From positions 1 to 34,145 of the forward strand of contig JAGLLT010000025.1 in assembly GCA_023140385.1 (NCBI GenBank): a stretch of 34,145 bases of DNA. The letters run 5' to 3'. The DNA is from Candidatus Omnitrophota bacterium. Its GTDB lineage: Bacteria; Omnitrophota; Gorgyraeia; JAGLLT01. The notes under the pieces are model-generated. The model was not told where the DNA came from. It ran no database searches and saw nothing but the letters and a program-made list of their open reading frames with translations. Shown here one piece after another: positions 33,004-34,145 of this stretch (position 1 is the stretch's first letter; each line of letters starts with the position of its first letter). The position numbers and the translations under genes were made by a program.

Positions 33004-33810
33004 ATGGTAAAAGTATCAATAGTTGGCTGCGGCACTATCGGTTCGGCAATAGCTGAGTCACTTGAAAATAGTTTTTCGGATAAGGTAGAATTGACCGCTC
33101 TCTGCGACATAGATAAGCGGCAGGCGGATAAGCTGGTAGAGAAGTTAAAGAAAAGCCCCAGGATACTCAGCCTTGACGCGCTGATTGAAGTTAGTGATTT
33201 GGTGGTTGAGGCCGCCTCGGGTAATGTGGCAGCTGAAGTTGTCAGAAAGTGTCTTGAGAACGGCAAGGATGTTATGGTGATAAGTATCGGCGGCTTGATT
33301 GGGCAGGCTCATCTATTTGAACTGGCTGAAAAAAGTAAAGGGCGTCTTTATTTACCGTCCGGCGCTTTGTGCGGCATTGATGCTGTCAGGGCGGTGTGTG
33401 AGACGGAGATTAAAATAGTGGAGCTGATTACCAGAAAACCCCTTGAGGGCTTAAGAGGGGCTCCTTATTTTAAGGAAAAGGGCATTGATATAGACAAAAT
33501 TGACAAAGAAACCGTAGTTTTCGAGGGAAGCGCGGCCGAAGCCATAAAAGGATTTCCTAAAAATGTAAACGTCTCTGCTATCTTGAGTATCGCGGGAATA
33601 GGCCCGGAGAAGACTATGGTAAAAATTGTGACTTCGCCGGCGTACAAAAAAAACAGCCACCAGATAATTGTAGAAGGCGCTTTTGGCAGATTAGAGGCAA
33701 GGACGGATAATGTGCCCTCTCCCCAAAATCCCAAGACCAGTTATTTGGCGATTTTGTCGTGTATTTCAACCCTGAAGCAAATTTTTAGCCATGTTAAAAT
33801 CGGAGGTTAG
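33004..33810 (+). CDS. nadX: L-aspartate dehydrogenase
   Basis: IVGCG.IG, LVVEAAS, PSGA..G.D, F.G.A.EA...FP.NVNV and N.PSP.NPKTS.LA.LS. Confidence 0.93.
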   Translation: MVKVSIVGCGTIGSAIAESLENSFSDKVELTALCDIDKRQADKLVEKLKKSPRILSLDALIEVSDLVVEAASGNVAAEVVRKCLENGKDVMVISIGGLIGQAHLFELAEKSKGRLYLPSGALCGIDAVRAVCETEIKIVELITRKPLEGLRGAPYFKEKGIDIDKIDKETVVFEGSAAEAIKGFPKNVNVSAILSIAGIGPEKTMVKIVTSPAYKKNSHQIIVEGAFGRLEARTDNVPSPQNPKTSYLAILSCISTLKQIFSHVKIGG

Positions 33811-33868
33811 TGTAGTTTTAGTATAGAAAAAGAAACAAAATCTAAACAAGGGGAGGAGGTGGAGATAA

Positions 33869-34063
33869 ATGGCGCAGAAAGTTGAAAGGTGTGGTATTAA
33901 AAAAGAGCCTGGCTATTTATACTTTATTGATAAAGACGGTGATGTAGCCAGAGCTAAAATGGCAAGAGGCGGTAAGAAGAAAGCAAAGAAGAAAGTAGTA
34001 AAGAAAAAAGTAGCAAAGAAAAGGGTTATCAGGAAAAAAGTAGTAAAGAAAAAAAAGAGGTAA
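33869..34063 (+). CDS. Small very basic protein with histone-H1-like KKKVV tail
   Basis: Strong GGAGG RBS; N-terminal GIKKEPGYLYFIDKDGDV.RAKM followed by Lys/Val/Ala repeats. Confidence 0.85.
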   Translation: MAQKVERCGIKKEPGYLYFIDKDGDVARAKMARGGKKKAKKKVVKKKVAKKRVIRKKVVKKKKR

Positions 34064-34118
34064 AAAAAAGGACGGGTTCGTTTTTTAGGTGATTAAGAAA
34101 ATGAACCCGTCCTTTTTT
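34064..34118. terminator. Long hairpin, bidirectional terminator-like
   Basis: AAAAAAGGACGGGTTC / GAACCCGTCCTTTTTT perfect 16-bp stem, extendable with G-U pairs. Confidence 0.8.
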
Positions 34119-34145
34119 GTATGTAAATTGTAATCACAAGTGCGA

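Noticed and set aside
33975..34060. A-rich tandem DNA repeat
   Set aside because: It is explained by the KKKVV coding repeats of the small basic protein.
1..34145. tRNA, rRNA, known riboswitch or alternative genetic code
   Set aside because: No cloverleaf or rRNA-like segment was seen, and conserved genes translate full-length with the standard code.

Overview
Bacterial chromosomal window in which essentially all real genes lie on the + strand. The gene set (PEP-CTERM-like protein, DapL route, arg-lys-folK-panC-nadX cluster) suggests a PVC-type lineage such as Omnitrophota; this is inference only. There are three parts. (1) 1-3934: leuD(partial)-leuB-asd-truA, with a short inverted-arm element on each side of leuB. 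One copy is empty (412-572); the other carries a four-helix-bundle (IVS/Avd-like) gene (1641-2150). (2) About 3935-16800: a ~12.9 kb accessory island between truA and rplM with no integrase or transposase. Its first 7 kb looks like a tandem series of integron-like units: a repeated promoter plus a TTAA(T/C)T|GTT entry module, cassette genes starting at GTTRRRY-like cores, one near-canonical 59-bp attC, and several attC stubs cut off right after the inverse core and followed by a GGGGACA-type motif. Cargo includes a SIR2-family protein, a proteasome-beta-like Ntn hydrolase, a HEPN protein, a non-specific nuclease, a DEAD-box helicase, a transglutaminase-like protein and a PEP-CTERM-like protein. 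Base composition flips sharply from A/C-rich to G/T-rich around a hairpin at the 3' end of truA, the island's left edge. (3) 16898-34145: rplM-rpsI, then a ~16 kb run argC-J-B-D-F-(LolA-like)-argG-H-lysA-dapF-A-B-L-folK-panC-nadX and a small lysine-rich protein. No tRNA, rRNA or CRISPR array was seen. All family calls come from motif recognition by eye, not from database searches.
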